Assembly: GCA_041937175.2 (NCBI GenBank)
Contig: CP166615.1
Span: 2,912,001-2,976,000, forward strand
DNA length: 64,000 bases
Direction of reading: 5' to 3'
Source of the DNA: Limnothrix sp. BL-A-16
GTDB taxonomy: Bacteria > Cyanobacteriota > Cyanobacteriia > CACIAM-69d
The notes beneath the pieces were generated by a model. The model had not been told where the DNA came from and ran no database searches. It was given only the letters and a program-made list of their open reading frames with translations. Positions 51,832 to 61,246 of this stretch are shown piece by piece (the stretch's first letter is position 1; each line of letters opens with the position of its first letter). A program made the translations under genes and the position numbers.

Positions 51832-52413
51832 CTAACGATTGAGCCGATCGAGGGCGAGATTCAGCTTCAGCACATTCACCCCCGGTTCACCCATCAGGTT
51901 CAAGAAGGGGCGATCGGTGGCTTGGTCAATCAGGCTCCGCAGTTGGTCGGGGGCCAGTTGGCGGGCGCGGGCCACGCGATCGAGCTGGGCGATCGCGCTG
52001 GCGGGGCTGATATGTGGATCGAGACCCGAGCCGGAACTATAGAGCAAATCGCCCGGGGGTTCGATGCCAGTTTGTTGGATGCGCTGTTTTTCCGTGGTGA
52101 TCCGTTCCGCGAGGGCCGGGTTGGTGGGAGCCAGGTTGCTTGCGCCGGAAATACCGGTTTTGGCCACCTGGGGATCGGTGCTGTAGGCGATCGCGCTGGG
52201 GCGGGGCCAAAAGTAGCGATCGCTCGCAAAGGGCTGACCAATCAGGGCTGACCCGATCACCTGGCCTTGGTCGTTCGTCAGCAGGCTGCCATTGGCCTGG
52301 AACGGCAGGGCCGCCCCCGCCAGCAGCAGAATCACCGGGTAAATCACCGCCGTCAACAACCACAGGGCCGCCGACAGTCGCAGCGATCGCCCCATTTCGC
52401 GTAGGAAGTCCAT
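51832..52413 (-). CDS. kdpC: K+-transporting ATPase subunit C
   Basis: QANGSL, YFWPRPS and SGSGLDPHIS motifs. Confidence 0.95.
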   Translation of the reverse strand: MDFLREMGRSLRLSAALWLLTAVIYPVILLLAGAALPFQANGSLLTNDQGQVIGSALIGQPFASDRYFWPRPSAIAYSTDPQVAKTGISGASNLAPTNPALAERITTEKQRIQQTGIEPPGDLLYSSGSGLDPHISPASAIAQLDRVARARQLAPDQLRSLIDQATDRPFLNLMGEPGVNVLKLNLALDRLNR

Positions 52414-52416
52414 GAT

Positions 52417-52668
52417 CTAAAACCGCTCCGGTTGAAAAATCGCCACGAACAAATAAATCGACAGGGAAATGGTGGCCAGTCCCAACAGGACGGTTGCCCC
52501 CAGTTGGCCGCTATCCAAAGCGGGTTGCCCCGTGGCAGCCGTGGCTGGGGCGATCGCGGCGAGGGCGGCGAACCAAGCCAGACTCGCGCGCAGGCTCCAG
52601 CGCCCCCAACGTGTGAGGCGGCGATCGGGCGATCGATCCGGTGCGGGCTGGTTCAAGATGGTTTTCAT
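52417..52668 (-). CDS. kdpF: KdpF/KdpG-like small membrane subunit (N-terminally extended)
   Basis: C-terminus IYLFVAIFQPERF; located between kdpB and kdpC. Confidence 0.75.
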   Translation of the reverse strand: MKTILNQPAPDRSPDRRLTRWGRWSLRASLAWFAALAAIAPATAATGQPALDSGQLGATVLLGLATISLSIYLFVAIFQPERF

Positions 52669-52768
52669 CGAAATGGATCTCCGGGTGTGGCAGTTAAGGC
52701 TAGAAGATTGGCTGGTGTTGGGTTTCGCAAGCTCAACCCAACCTACGGGACTAACCTACGGGATCGGC

Positions 52769-54859
52769 TCAACCGACGACGCGGCCGACCAGCAGATCGA
52801 TCGCCTTGATCGCAATGAACGGGGCGATCGTGCCGCCGAGGCCGTAAACCAGAATGTTGCGCTGCAAGAGCCGATCGGCTGACAGGGGCCGGAACTCCAC
52901 CCCCCGCAGGGCCAGGGGCACGAGCGCCGGGATGATCAGGGCGTTGTAGATCAAAGCGGACAGTACCGCTGAGTTGGGACTCGTTAGGCCCATCACGTTC
53001 AGGGGCCCCAGCCCGATCGAGGCGAACAGGGCTGGGATAATCGCGAAATATTTGGCCACGTCGTTGGCGATCGAGAAGGTGGTCAAGGCTCCCCGAGTCA
53101 TCAGCAGTTGCTTCCCGATCGTCACGATGTCGATCAGCTTGGTGGGGTCGGAGTCGAGATCGACCATGTTCGCCGCTTCTTTGGCCGCCTGGGTACCGGA
53201 GTTCATGGCCACCCCGACGTTGGCTTGGGCCAGGGCGGGCGCGTCGTTCGTGCCGTCGCCGGTCATGGCCACCAGCTTGCCTTGGGCTTGCTCCCGTTGG
53301 ATGGCGGCGATCTTGTCCTCGGGCGTGGCTTCCGCGATGAAGTCATCCACCCCCGCTTCCCGGGCAATCACTTCGGCGGTGATTCGGTTGTCGCCCGTGA
53401 GCATGACGGTACGAATCCCCATCCGCCGCAGTTGGTCAAACCGCTCGCGGATGCCGGGTTTGATCATGTCTTTCAGATAGATCACGCCGTAGATTTGGTT
53501 GTTTTCGCAAACCGCCAAGGGTGTGCCCCCCAACCGCGACACTTGCTCGAAGGCCGCGTCCAAATCGGCGGGAATCGAGCCACCACGCGATCGGGCGAAT
53601 CCTTTGATCGCGTCCACGGCTCCCTTGCGAAATTCCGTGCCATCGGGCAAATCCGTGCCGCTCATCCGAGTACGGGCGGAAAAGTCCAGGCCCGTGGCTG
53701 CTTCCGGGGTGGGATAGGGGCGATCGCTCAGTTTTTCCGCCAGCCGGACGATCGACTTGCCCTCGGGGGTTTGGTCAAACCAACTGGCGGCCCAGGCCAC
53801 GCGGGCCACGGTGTCGATCGGGTGGCCGCCCACGGGGATGAACTGTTCCGCCAAGCGGTTGCCCAGGGTGATCGTGCCGGTTTTGTCCAGCAGCAGGGTG
53901 TTGATGTCGCCGCAAGCTTCCACGGCCCGGCCCGAGGTGGCGATTACGTTGAATTGGGCCACCCGATCCATCCCGGCAATCCCGATCGCACTCAACAGCC
54001 CCCCGATCGTGGTGGGGATCAGCGCCACCAACAGGGCAATCAAAATCGCAATGCTGGCGGGACTTTGCACATAGGCAGCCACGGGCGGCAAGGTGGCGAT
54101 CGCCAACAAAAACACCTGGGTCAACACCGCCAACAACACCGTCAGGGCAATTTCATTGGGGGTTTTGCGGCGCTCGGCCCCTTCCACCAGGGCAATCATC
54201 CGATCGATAAACCCTTGCCCCGGATCCGCCGTGACGCGAATCGTTAGCTCATCGGACACGATCCGCGTGCCGCCCGTGACGCTGCTGGCCGTGTCCGATC
54301 CCGGTTCCTTCAGCACCGGAGCCGATTCGCCGGTAATGGCCGACTCGTCCACCGAAGCCACCCCGGCCAGCACTTCCCCATCGGCGGGGATCATGTCTCC
54401 GGCGCTCACCCGCACCCGATCGCCCCGTTGCAGTTGGGAGGCGGCCACGGCTTCTTCGCTGCCATCGGGCAACAGCCGCCGGGCGATCGTGTCCGCTTTC
54501 GTGGCCCGCAGGGCATCGGCTTGGGCCTTGCCGCGCCCTTCGGCGATCGCCTCGGCCAAGTTGGCAAACCAAACCGTCGCCAACAAAATCAGGGCGATCG
54601 CGCCGTTCACCGTCCGGGCATTCGGATCGGCCAAGGGGCCAAACAAATTCGGGGCGATCGTCACCAGCAGCGTCACCACCGTGCCCAGCCAGACCACGAA
54701 CATCACTGGGTTATGCACCGCCTGGCGCGGATCCAGCTTCCAAAAGGCCTGCTGGACAGCGCGGCCATACAAGCCCTGATGACTGACTTTGGGCGTGTGG
54801 CGACGTTGCGATCGGGGGCCACCCGGTGTGCGCCGCATCTTATTCGCAAGACTATTCAT
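52769..54859 (-). CDS. kdpB: K+-transporting ATPase subunit B
   Basis: TGES, IPTTIGG, DKTGT and GDGTND motifs; ATG 54859 chosen. Confidence 0.97.
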   Translation of the reverse strand: MNSLANKMRRTPGGPRSQRRHTPKVSHQGLYGRAVQQAFWKLDPRQAVHNPVMFVVWLGTVVTLLVTIAPNLFGPLADPNARTVNGAIALILLATVWFANLAEAIAEGRGKAQADALRATKADTIARRLLPDGSEEAVAASQLQRGDRVRVSAGDMIPADGEVLAGVASVDESAITGESAPVLKEPGSDTASSVTGGTRIVSDELTIRVTADPGQGFIDRMIALVEGAERRKTPNEIALTVLLAVLTQVFLLAIATLPPVAAYVQSPASIAILIALLVALIPTTIGGLLSAIGIAGMDRVAQFNVIATSGRAVEACGDINTLLLDKTGTITLGNRLAEQFIPVGGHPIDTVARVAWAASWFDQTPEGKSIVRLAEKLSDRPYPTPEAATGLDFSARTRMSGTDLPDGTEFRKGAVDAIKGFARSRGGSIPADLDAAFEQVSRLGGTPLAVCENNQIYGVIYLKDMIKPGIRERFDQLRRMGIRTVMLTGDNRITAEVIAREAGVDDFIAEATPEDKIAAIQREQAQGKLVAMTGDGTNDAPALAQANVGVAMNSGTQAAKEAANMVDLDSDPTKLIDIVTIGKQLLMTRGALTTFSIANDVAKYFAIIPALFASIGLGPLNVMGLTSPNSAVLSALIYNALIIPALVPLALRGVEFRPLSADRLLQRNILVYGLGGTIAPFIAIKAIDLLVGRVVG

Positions 54860-54916
54860 AAAACAGACGGTTCCTAACCACAGCGCTGGATTGATCAACC
54901 GCCCCACCGCCCGGGG

Positions 54917-54936
54917 CAAGGGGCTTAAGCCCCTTG
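54917..54936. repeat. 20-bp palindrome family copy
   Basis: CAAGGGGCTTAAGCCCCTTG between kdpA and kdpB. Confidence 0.9.
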
Positions 54937-54988
54937 TCTCCAACGGCTTCGATGGTGGCATCAGGGTTTTGGGAAATTACGAAGCGAC

Positions 54989-56629
54989 CTAACGCAGGGC
55001 GAATTCTTCGGCGATCGGCCCCAGGGCCAACACCGGGAAAAAGGTCAACAAGCCCAAAATCAAAATCGTTACGCCCGTCACCGTTGTGAACAAAAACGTG
55101 TCCGTGCGCAGCGTGCCCGAGGTGGCCGGAGCCGGTTGCTTTTGGGCCATGCCGTCGGCCAGTAACAGCAACGCCGCGATCGGCAGGTAGCGCCCCGCCA
55201 AAATGCTGACCGTGGCCGACAGGTTCCACCACAGCGTCCCGTCACCCAAGCCCTCAAAGCCCGAGCCGTTGTTGGCCGCCGCCGAGGCGTATTCATAAAT
55301 CACCTGGGAAACTCCGTGAAAACCGGGGTTCGAAATGCCCGCCAATTGCTCGGGAAAGGCCAGGGCGATCGCCCCCGGAATCAACACAAATACCGGGTGA
55401 ACCAGCAGGATCGCACTGGCCAAAATAATTTCCCGTTTTTCAATTTTTCGGCCCAGGAATTCCGGCGTGCGACCCACCATCAACCCCGTTAAAAACACCG
55501 TCAAAATCAGGAACACATACAGATAGGCCGTGCCGGTGCCTTGACCACCCCAAACCATCTGCAAAAACAGCCCTAGCAAGGTGGCCAAACCACTGCCGGG
55601 CATTAGGGAATCATGCATTCCGTTCACTGCGCCGCACATGGTGGCCGTGGTGGTGACGGCCCAAAGGGCTGTTTGGGCCCAACCAAAGCGCTGTTCTTTG
55701 CCTTCCAAGTTGGGGCCAGCCGCCAGGGTCGGGTTGCCTTGCCATTCCGCGATCGCACTGAGGGCAACTAACCCCACAAAAATGCTGCCGACGAGGCCAA
55801 ATAACCACCAAGCTTGCCGCCGGTTTTGGCTGATTTCCCCATAGGTGAAAATCAAACTGGTGGGAATCGCCAACATCGCCAAAATTTCTAACGTGTTGGT
55901 GACATTGTTGGGATTTTCAAAGGGGTGAGCGGAGTTAATCGCAAAAAATCCGCCGCCGTTTTCCCCCAGTTGCTTAATCGCTTCAAAGTGGGCCACGGGG
56001 CCACGGGCGATCGCCTGGGTGGCTCCGTCCAAGGTGCTCGCGATCGCCGGCCCAGCCAGGGTTTCCGGCACGCCATTCAGCAACAACAACAGGGCGATCG
56101 GGATCGACAGGGGCAACAACACCCGCGTGATCGATCGGGTCAAATCCCGATAGAAATTGCCCAGGGGTTGCCCACTCAGACCGCGAATAAACGCAATTCC
56201 CACCGCCAGCCCTGTGGCCGCCGAAAAAAACAGCAAATAGCCCAAAATTCCCACTTGGGAACCGTAGGTAATCGCCGTTTCACCCGAATAATGTTGCTGG
56301 TCGGTGTTGGTTAAAAAGGAGGCGATCGTATGCACCGCCAAGTCCCAACTGGGCGCACCCAACCCGGTGGGATTCAGGGGCAAGCGGTCTTGTAGCCAAA
56401 ACCCGCCAAATCCCACCAGCCCGATCGCCAAATTACTGGCCAGCACCGCCCGCAGGTATTGCCCGCCGGTCATCGGCTCATCGGTGCGGTGGCGAATTTG
56501 CCGGTATAGCCAGCGTTCGGGCAGCCAGTCCGGCCCTTGGAATGCCCGCGCCATGTAGCGCCCTAAAAACGGGGCGATCGCCCCGACGATCAACAACGTC
56601 AGGGCAATTTGCAGCCAGCCCGATAGCAT
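54989..56629 (-). CDS. kdpA: K+-transporting ATPase subunit A
   Basis: [19 protein letters not shown] and NNGS filter motifs. Confidence 0.96.
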   Translation of the reverse strand: MLSGWLQIALTLLIVGAIAPFLGRYMARAFQGPDWLPERWLYRQIRHRTDEPMTGGQYLRAVLASNLAIGLVGFGGFWLQDRLPLNPTGLGAPSWDLAVHTIASFLTNTDQQHYSGETAITYGSQVGILGYLLFFSAATGLAVGIAFIRGLSGQPLGNFYRDLTRSITRVLLPLSIPIALLLLLNGVPETLAGPAIASTLDGATQAIARGPVAHFEAIKQLGENGGGFFAINSAHPFENPNNVTNTLEILAMLAIPTSLIFTYGEISQNRRQAWWLFGLVGSIFVGLVALSAIAEWQGNPTLAAGPNLEGKEQRFGWAQTALWAVTTTATMCGAVNGMHDSLMPGSGLATLLGLFLQMVWGGQGTGTAYLYVFLILTVFLTGLMVGRTPEFLGRKIEKREIILASAILLVHPVFVLIPGAIALAFPEQLAGISNPGFHGVSQVIYEYASAAANNGSGFEGLGDGTLWWNLSATVSILAGRYLPIAALLLLADGMAQKQPAPATSGTLRTDTFLFTTVTGVTILILGLLTFFPVLALGPIAEEFALR

Positions 56630-56746
56630 AAAGACCCGATCGCTCGATCGGACGAAAGACCAAACCCCCATCCGCCCCATCACGGGCGCTGGGAGATCCC
56701 TTTAATAGTCGGGCGATCGCCCGGAATCTGCCATCTATCAATCGGT

Positions 56747-56792
56747 CTAAACATTGGGTCTAGGCGATCGTCGATCTATACCAATCGTTTAG
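56747..56792. promoter_or_regulatory. Two candidate response-regulator sites CTANAC-N5-GTNTAG
   Basis: CTAAAC-ATTGG-GTCTAG (56747-56763) and CTATAC-CAATC-GTTTAG (56776-56792). Confidence 0.45.
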
Positions 56793-56833
56793 CCTGCCAC
56801 TTGACCGATCGATTGCCCCATCAGCCGGCCAGA

Positions 56834-56853
56834 CAAGGGGCTTAAGCCCCTTG
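56834..56853. repeat. 20-bp palindrome family copy
   Basis: CAAGGGGCTTAAGCCCCTTG. Confidence 0.9.
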
Positions 56854-56902
56854 CCCCCACGATCTCGCAGCGCTACCTCACTGCCAACCCCAAGACAATG
56901 CC

Positions 56903-58027
56903 ATGACTCGGCGATCGCCCTCATCAGCCCCTTTCGCCCAGCAACGGGTTTGGATCGCAAGCGCCACAGTGTTCTGGACAGTGCTGGCGATCGCCGCTGA
57001 ATTTTCCACGCCCACCGATTACGTGTTGGGCTATTTGTATGTGCTGCCTGTTGGCTTGACGGGGGCTTACGGTCGGCCCAAAACCACGATGGTTGTCACC
57101 CTGGTGGCGATCGGGCTGGTGTTGCTGAATTTGTGGATCCCGGTCGGGGCGATCGGCTCCCCCGCCGCGATCACCAATCGGTTGCTGGTGGCGTTGGCCC
57201 TGTTGGTCACGGCCCTGTTGAGCGATCGGGCCCGGCGCGATCGCACCCGCCTAGCCCAACAACAGGCCCAACTGGCCGCCCAAAGCCAGCTTGCTCAACT
57301 GCGCGAAGACTTTGCCGCCACCCTCACCCACGACCTAAAAACGCCATTGTTGGGGGCGATCGCCACCCTGGAAGCCTTCCAAGCCCAGCAACTGGGCCCC
57401 ACCAGCGAACCGCAACAGCAGGTGTTAGCGGTGATGTTACGCAGCCACCGCAACAGCTTGCGCCTGCTGGAAAGCGTCCTGGAAATCTATCGCAACGACG
57501 CGGAAGGGGTTTTGCTCGATCGCCAGCCTTGGGAGTTGGGGGAGCTGGCGGAACGGGCGATCGCGCCGTTGCGGGTGTTGGCGGCGGGTCGGCGGGTCAC
57601 GATTCGCCTAGAGCGCGGCGACTCGGGCTTTTGGGCCAGCTTTTGGGTGGCGGCCGATGCCTTGCAGTTGGAACGGGCAATCGATAACTTGTTGCTGAAT
57701 GCCCTCAACCATGCGCCGCGCGACTCGCAAATTTTGGTGCAGTTGCGATCGCTCGGATCTTGCCACCGGCTGGAGGTTTCGGACTCGGGCCCCGGCATTC
57801 CCCCGGCGGCGCTGCCCAAGCTGTTCGATCGGTTCTATCAAGCGGGCAGCGATCGGCAGCTCACCGGCTCCGGCTTGGGTCTTTATCTCAGCCGCCAAAT
57901 CATCGAAGCCCACGGCGGTAGAATCTGGGCAGAGAACCGATCGCCCCAAGGCGCGACCTTTTTGGTAGAGCTGGCCGCTTGCCCGCCGCCGATCGCCCCC
58001 CAAGCCCATGCAGATTCTGCTGATTGA
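56903..58027 (+). CDS. Membrane sensor histidine kinase (Hik20-like, kdp-associated)
   Basis: Four TM segments; THDLKTPL H-box; N, G1, F and G2 boxes. Confidence 0.9.
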   Translation: MTRRSPSSAPFAQQRVWIASATVFWTVLAIAAEFSTPTDYVLGYLYVLPVGLTGAYGRPKTTMVVTLVAIGLVLLNLWIPVGAIGSPAAITNRLLVALALLVTALLSDRARRDRTRLAQQQAQLAAQSQLAQLREDFAATLTHDLKTPLLGAIATLEAFQAQQLGPTSEPQQQVLAVMLRSHRNSLRLLESVLEIYRNDAEGVLLDRQPWELGELAERAIAPLRVLAAGRRVTIRLERGDSGFWASFWVAADALQLERAIDNLLLNALNHAPRDSQILVQLRSLGSCHRLEVSDSGPGIPPAALPKLFDRFYQAGSDRQLTGSGLGLYLSRQIIEAHGGRIWAENRSPQGATFLVELAACPPPIAPQAHADSAD

Positions 58028-58697
58028 AGATGACGAGCTATTTCGCCTGGGGTTGACCATTCGGCTCCAGCAGGAACCCGATTGGCAAGTGGCAGCGGCA
58101 GCCGATGGGGAACAGGCGATCGAGCTAGCGCGCCAACAATGTTTTGCGGTGGCGCTGCTGGATATTGGGTTGCCGGGGATGGGTGGCGTAGAAACCTGTC
58201 GGCAACTGGTGCAGATTCAGCCCGCTTTGCCTGTGCTGGTGCTCACCTCCCGTGCCGAACCCGACGCGATTGCCCGGTTGGTGGCCGCCGGAGCACGCGG
58301 CTATTGTCGCAAGGGGATCAGCGCCGACACCCTGATTTTGGCCATGCGCTCGATCGCCGCCGGGGCCTCCTGGTGGGACGATCTGGCCACCAGCCAAATC
58401 CAAGCGGCCATGGCCCAATCGGGTGATGCAACCGCTGCCCAACCCGTTACGCATCGAAGCGATCGCCTGGACAGCGGGGCGATCGAAGACCTCACCCACC
58501 GGGAGCAGGAAATCCTGAACCTAATCGCCCAGGGCCAAAGCAACCAAGACATCGCCCAAACTCTGCATATTGCTCCCGGTACGGTGCGGGTGCATGTCCA
58601 CGCGATTTTGCAAAAACTGGGCGTGCGCGATCGCACCCAAGCTGTAGTTCACCTCCTGCAACACCAAGCGCCCATGGGCGATCGCGCCATCTCCTAG
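58008..58697 (+). CDS. NarL/LuxR-family response regulator
   Basis: EDD..LLDIGLP receiver; LTHREQEIL...TVRVHV HTH. Confidence 0.93.
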   Translation: MQILLIEDDELFRLGLTIRLQQEPDWQVAAAADGEQAIELARQQCFAVALLDIGLPGMGGVETCRQLVQIQPALPVLVLTSRAEPDAIARLVAAGARGYCRKGISADTLILAMRSIAAGASWWDDLATSQIQAAMAQSGDATAAQPVTHRSDRLDSGAIEDLTHREQEILNLIAQGQSNQDIAQTLHIAPGTVRVHVHAILQKLGVRDRTQAVVHLLQHQAPMGDRAIS

Positions 58698-58748
58698 GTG
58701 CTCTTGGGGATTTTTCACCTAATATTCGTGCAAGAGGTTGATTGCATC

Positions 58749-59042
58749 ATGGCCCATGTGTTGATCATTCATGAAGTGGAAGATTACGCCACTTGGAAAG
58801 CGATTTTTGACGGCGCTGCCAACATTCGCCAACAGGCAGGTGAGCGCTCCTATCAGGTGTTGCGGGATGAATGCAATCCCAACAAAATTGTTCACTTCTC
58901 CCATTGGACTTCGATTCAAAACGCTAGGGCGTTTTTTGAGTCGCCGGAGTTGGTAGAAATTCGTAAACAAGCCGGTGTAAAAGCACCAGAGTTTATCTAT
59001 CTTGATCAATTGGAAGCGGGAGTTTTGAAACCTGAAGATTGA
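58749..59042 (+). CDS. ABM/cyclase-like dimeric alpha-beta barrel protein
   Basis: HEVEDYATWKAIFD...R..AGE...AGV; family recognition only. Confidence 0.7.
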   Translation: MAHVLIIHEVEDYATWKAIFDGAANIRQQAGERSYQVLRDECNPNKIVHFSHWTSIQNARAFFESPELVEIRKQAGVKAPEFIYLDQLEAGVLKPED

Positions 59043-59172
59043 CTGCTCCTCGAAGTCACAAGGTCGTTTCTCCCAGCAATTCATCCACAGGGAGCGAAAG
59101 TCGCCTATCTTGCATCAGTGGCGGCAGCATATAGGGCGATCGAGCGCACCCGCGCTGAACAGAGACGGGCGA

Positions 59173-59817
59173 TCACGATTCAGCCGATCGAGCAGAATCT
59201 ATGGAATTTGGATCGATCGCTTGGCTCAGTTCCACCTCTTCGTAAACCAACAACAACGGACAAGCAAAATTGAGGCTCATCAGCTCAAGAATCGGCTGAT
59301 TTGGATCGGCTGCATCGTCAGGATATGCGGTTAATTCCCATTTCCCAGCACTCGTTTTGCGGTAGCAATCAACTCCTACCTTTTCCGCATCAATTAGCAC
59401 GTATTCTTCCAAGGTTGGAATGCGGCGATAGTAGCGAAATTTGTCACCACGATCGAACCCAGCGGTACTGGGGGATAGCACTTCCACAATTAATTTGGGG
59501 TAACTGATGGCCTCGATCGCCCGTTGATCGCGATCGTCGCAACTCACAACTAAATCGGGGTAAAAATATGGCCCGGCAGCGCTAACCCGCACCTTGGCAT
59601 CAGCCATTCGCACTTTGCAGCCTGTTTCCCGCAAAAATCCCCGCAGGGCGCTGGTTAAGTTCACCGCAATATCGTTATGGGGCAAGGTTCCGACAGCCAT
59701 GGCATACACCTGCCCATGGATATATTCATGCTTAATGGGCTGCTCAGATTCCCAAGCCAAATACTCCGAAACGGTCATGAACTGAGACGGAAATGGAGGC
59801 TGAATTTGAGCAATCAC
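59173..59817 (-). CDS. Uma2-family endonuclease
   Basis: HEYIHG, YPDLVV, VEVLSPST and DRGDK motifs. Confidence 0.92.
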   Translation of the reverse strand: MIAQIQPPFPSQFMTVSEYLAWESEQPIKHEYIHGQVYAMAVGTLPHNDIAVNLTSALRGFLRETGCKVRMADAKVRVSAAGPYFYPDLVVSCDDRDQRAIEAISYPKLIVEVLSPSTAGFDRGDKFRYYRRIPTLEEYVLIDAEKVGVDCYRKTSAGKWELTAYPDDAADPNQPILELMSLNFACPLLLVYEEVELSQAIDPNSIDSARSAES

Positions 59818-59857
59818 GATGCAGCTCCACCTTGATCATTTCAGCGTTGCTATCTCA

Positions 59858-59988
59858 GAGGATGTCTGAAAAGCCAAAATTGCTACTCTGTATACTCCAG
59901 CGATCAACGCAAACAAGGGGCTTAAGCCCCTTGCCCCCACGATAATTGATGCTTGGCCCGTACTGAAAGATGCTTCTCAGACATCCTC
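59858..59988. mobile_element. 131-bp MITE, copy B
   Basis: TIRs GAGGATGTCTGAAAAGC / GCTTCTCAGACATCCTC; TCA duplicated on both sides; central 20-bp palindrome at 59914-59933. Confidence 0.88.
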
Positions 59989-60055
59989 TCAGTTGCTATC
60001 TCAGATCTCTCGATCCAATTCCCGTTTTCGCTTGAATAGAAAAATAATTGAAAGT

Positions 60056-60367
60056 TTAGGTGACGCGGTGGGGTTCGCTTTCGGGGGTGTAGTCGATCGG
60101 CATCACGCCCTCCGTGTTTTCGTAGGGGTGGGGGATGATGTAGTGGCTCATTACCTGGCCGCCATAAACCGCTTTCGCCGCTTTGATCCCTTCTTCCATG
60201 GCCCGCTCCACTTCGGACACAGGGCCGCGAATGGTGATGAAAAAGTTGCCCTTTTCGGCCTTGTCAAAAAACACCAAGGTGACGCGCCCGCCTTTCACCA
60301 TGGCATCGGCGGCGGCCAGGATGGAGGGAAAGCCAAGGGTTTCGATCGTTCCAACGGCAATGGGCAT
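60056..60367 (-). CDS. ccmK3: Carboxysome shell hexamer, CcmK3 class
   Basis: MPIAVGTIETLGFP..AAADAMVK...RGPVSEV...MPIDYT; 103 aa. Confidence 0.82.
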   Translation of the reverse strand: MPIAVGTIETLGFPSILAAADAMVKGGRVTLVFFDKAEKGNFFITIRGPVSEVERAMEEGIKAAKAVYGGQVMSHYIIPHPYENTEGVMPIDYTPESEPHRVT

Positions 60368-60973
60368 GGGACAGCAGGGACGCGAAAGTGAAGGGCGCGG
60401 GTCGCTGGGCGGCTTAGCCAACCCTGGCAAAAGTGTAGCGCGATCGGGTCGAATCGCCGCCAGGGATCTGAACAACGGCAGGATTGGGGCTGGGGAACCC
60501 ATCCGGGTCTCTTCGCTCGCGGGGAAATGGCAGCGAGGTTGAACCATTCAACGGGCAGTTTTGACAACCGGGTCAGCAACTCGAATCGATTCCAATCAAC
60601 ATTCGATCAACAATCGTTGGCCGATCAGTTGCATAAACGCCAAGGGCCGATCTAGATTAAAGCGCTACAGTTTCTTTAGAATTGGGTTTGCTGACTATCC
60701 TGAAGGCTCGAATCATTTTGGTGCACCCCCTCACTCCCCAGTCATCTGTACGACTCGATGAATGACGATTTGTGCTGGCGGATGTGCGCACCAATCTTCC
60801 GATCCGACCAACCCAATCGCGGTTAACTGGCTCTGCTTCCGGCAGTTTTGGCCCTTGGCCATGGGATTGAACTGGGTCATGGGATTAAAGTCGATCGCCC
60901 GCGTGCTCATCCCGTGCTCCCGATGCCGGTTCCGCCAACGATTGACACGATCGTTACCGATCAGTGCTAATCA

Positions 60974-60987
60974 GTAGTTGCCAATAC
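60974..60987. promoter_or_regulatory. Candidate NtcA box upstream of glsF
   Basis: GTAGTTGCCAATAC; only a weak GACAAT 23 nt downstream. Confidence 0.45.
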
Positions 60988-61246
60988 AACCAGTGCAACC
61001 GCGTTCACCGGACAATCAGTAAGGCCCTCTGGCTATGTATTCCGGTCGTTTTGCCGGGGACTCAAGACCAAGCTCAACAGACGGTCTTTTAACCCAGTCA
61101 TAACGCAAACTCTGTAGTTTCGATCGCATCCGATCGACTCTAGCTTGATCGATCTCAGCAGCGGCTACCTGATTGCCGCTGTGGCTCGATCGCCCTCGCC
61201 GTCCGTTTTTTTATTCACCCCGATCGCCTAGTCCACCCGATCCACT

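Noticed and set aside
61002..61046. Glutamine (glnA-type) riboswitch upstream of glsF
   Set aside because: Has CGTTCA and AGTAAGG fragments but lacks P2 and the closing GAAGGAACG strand
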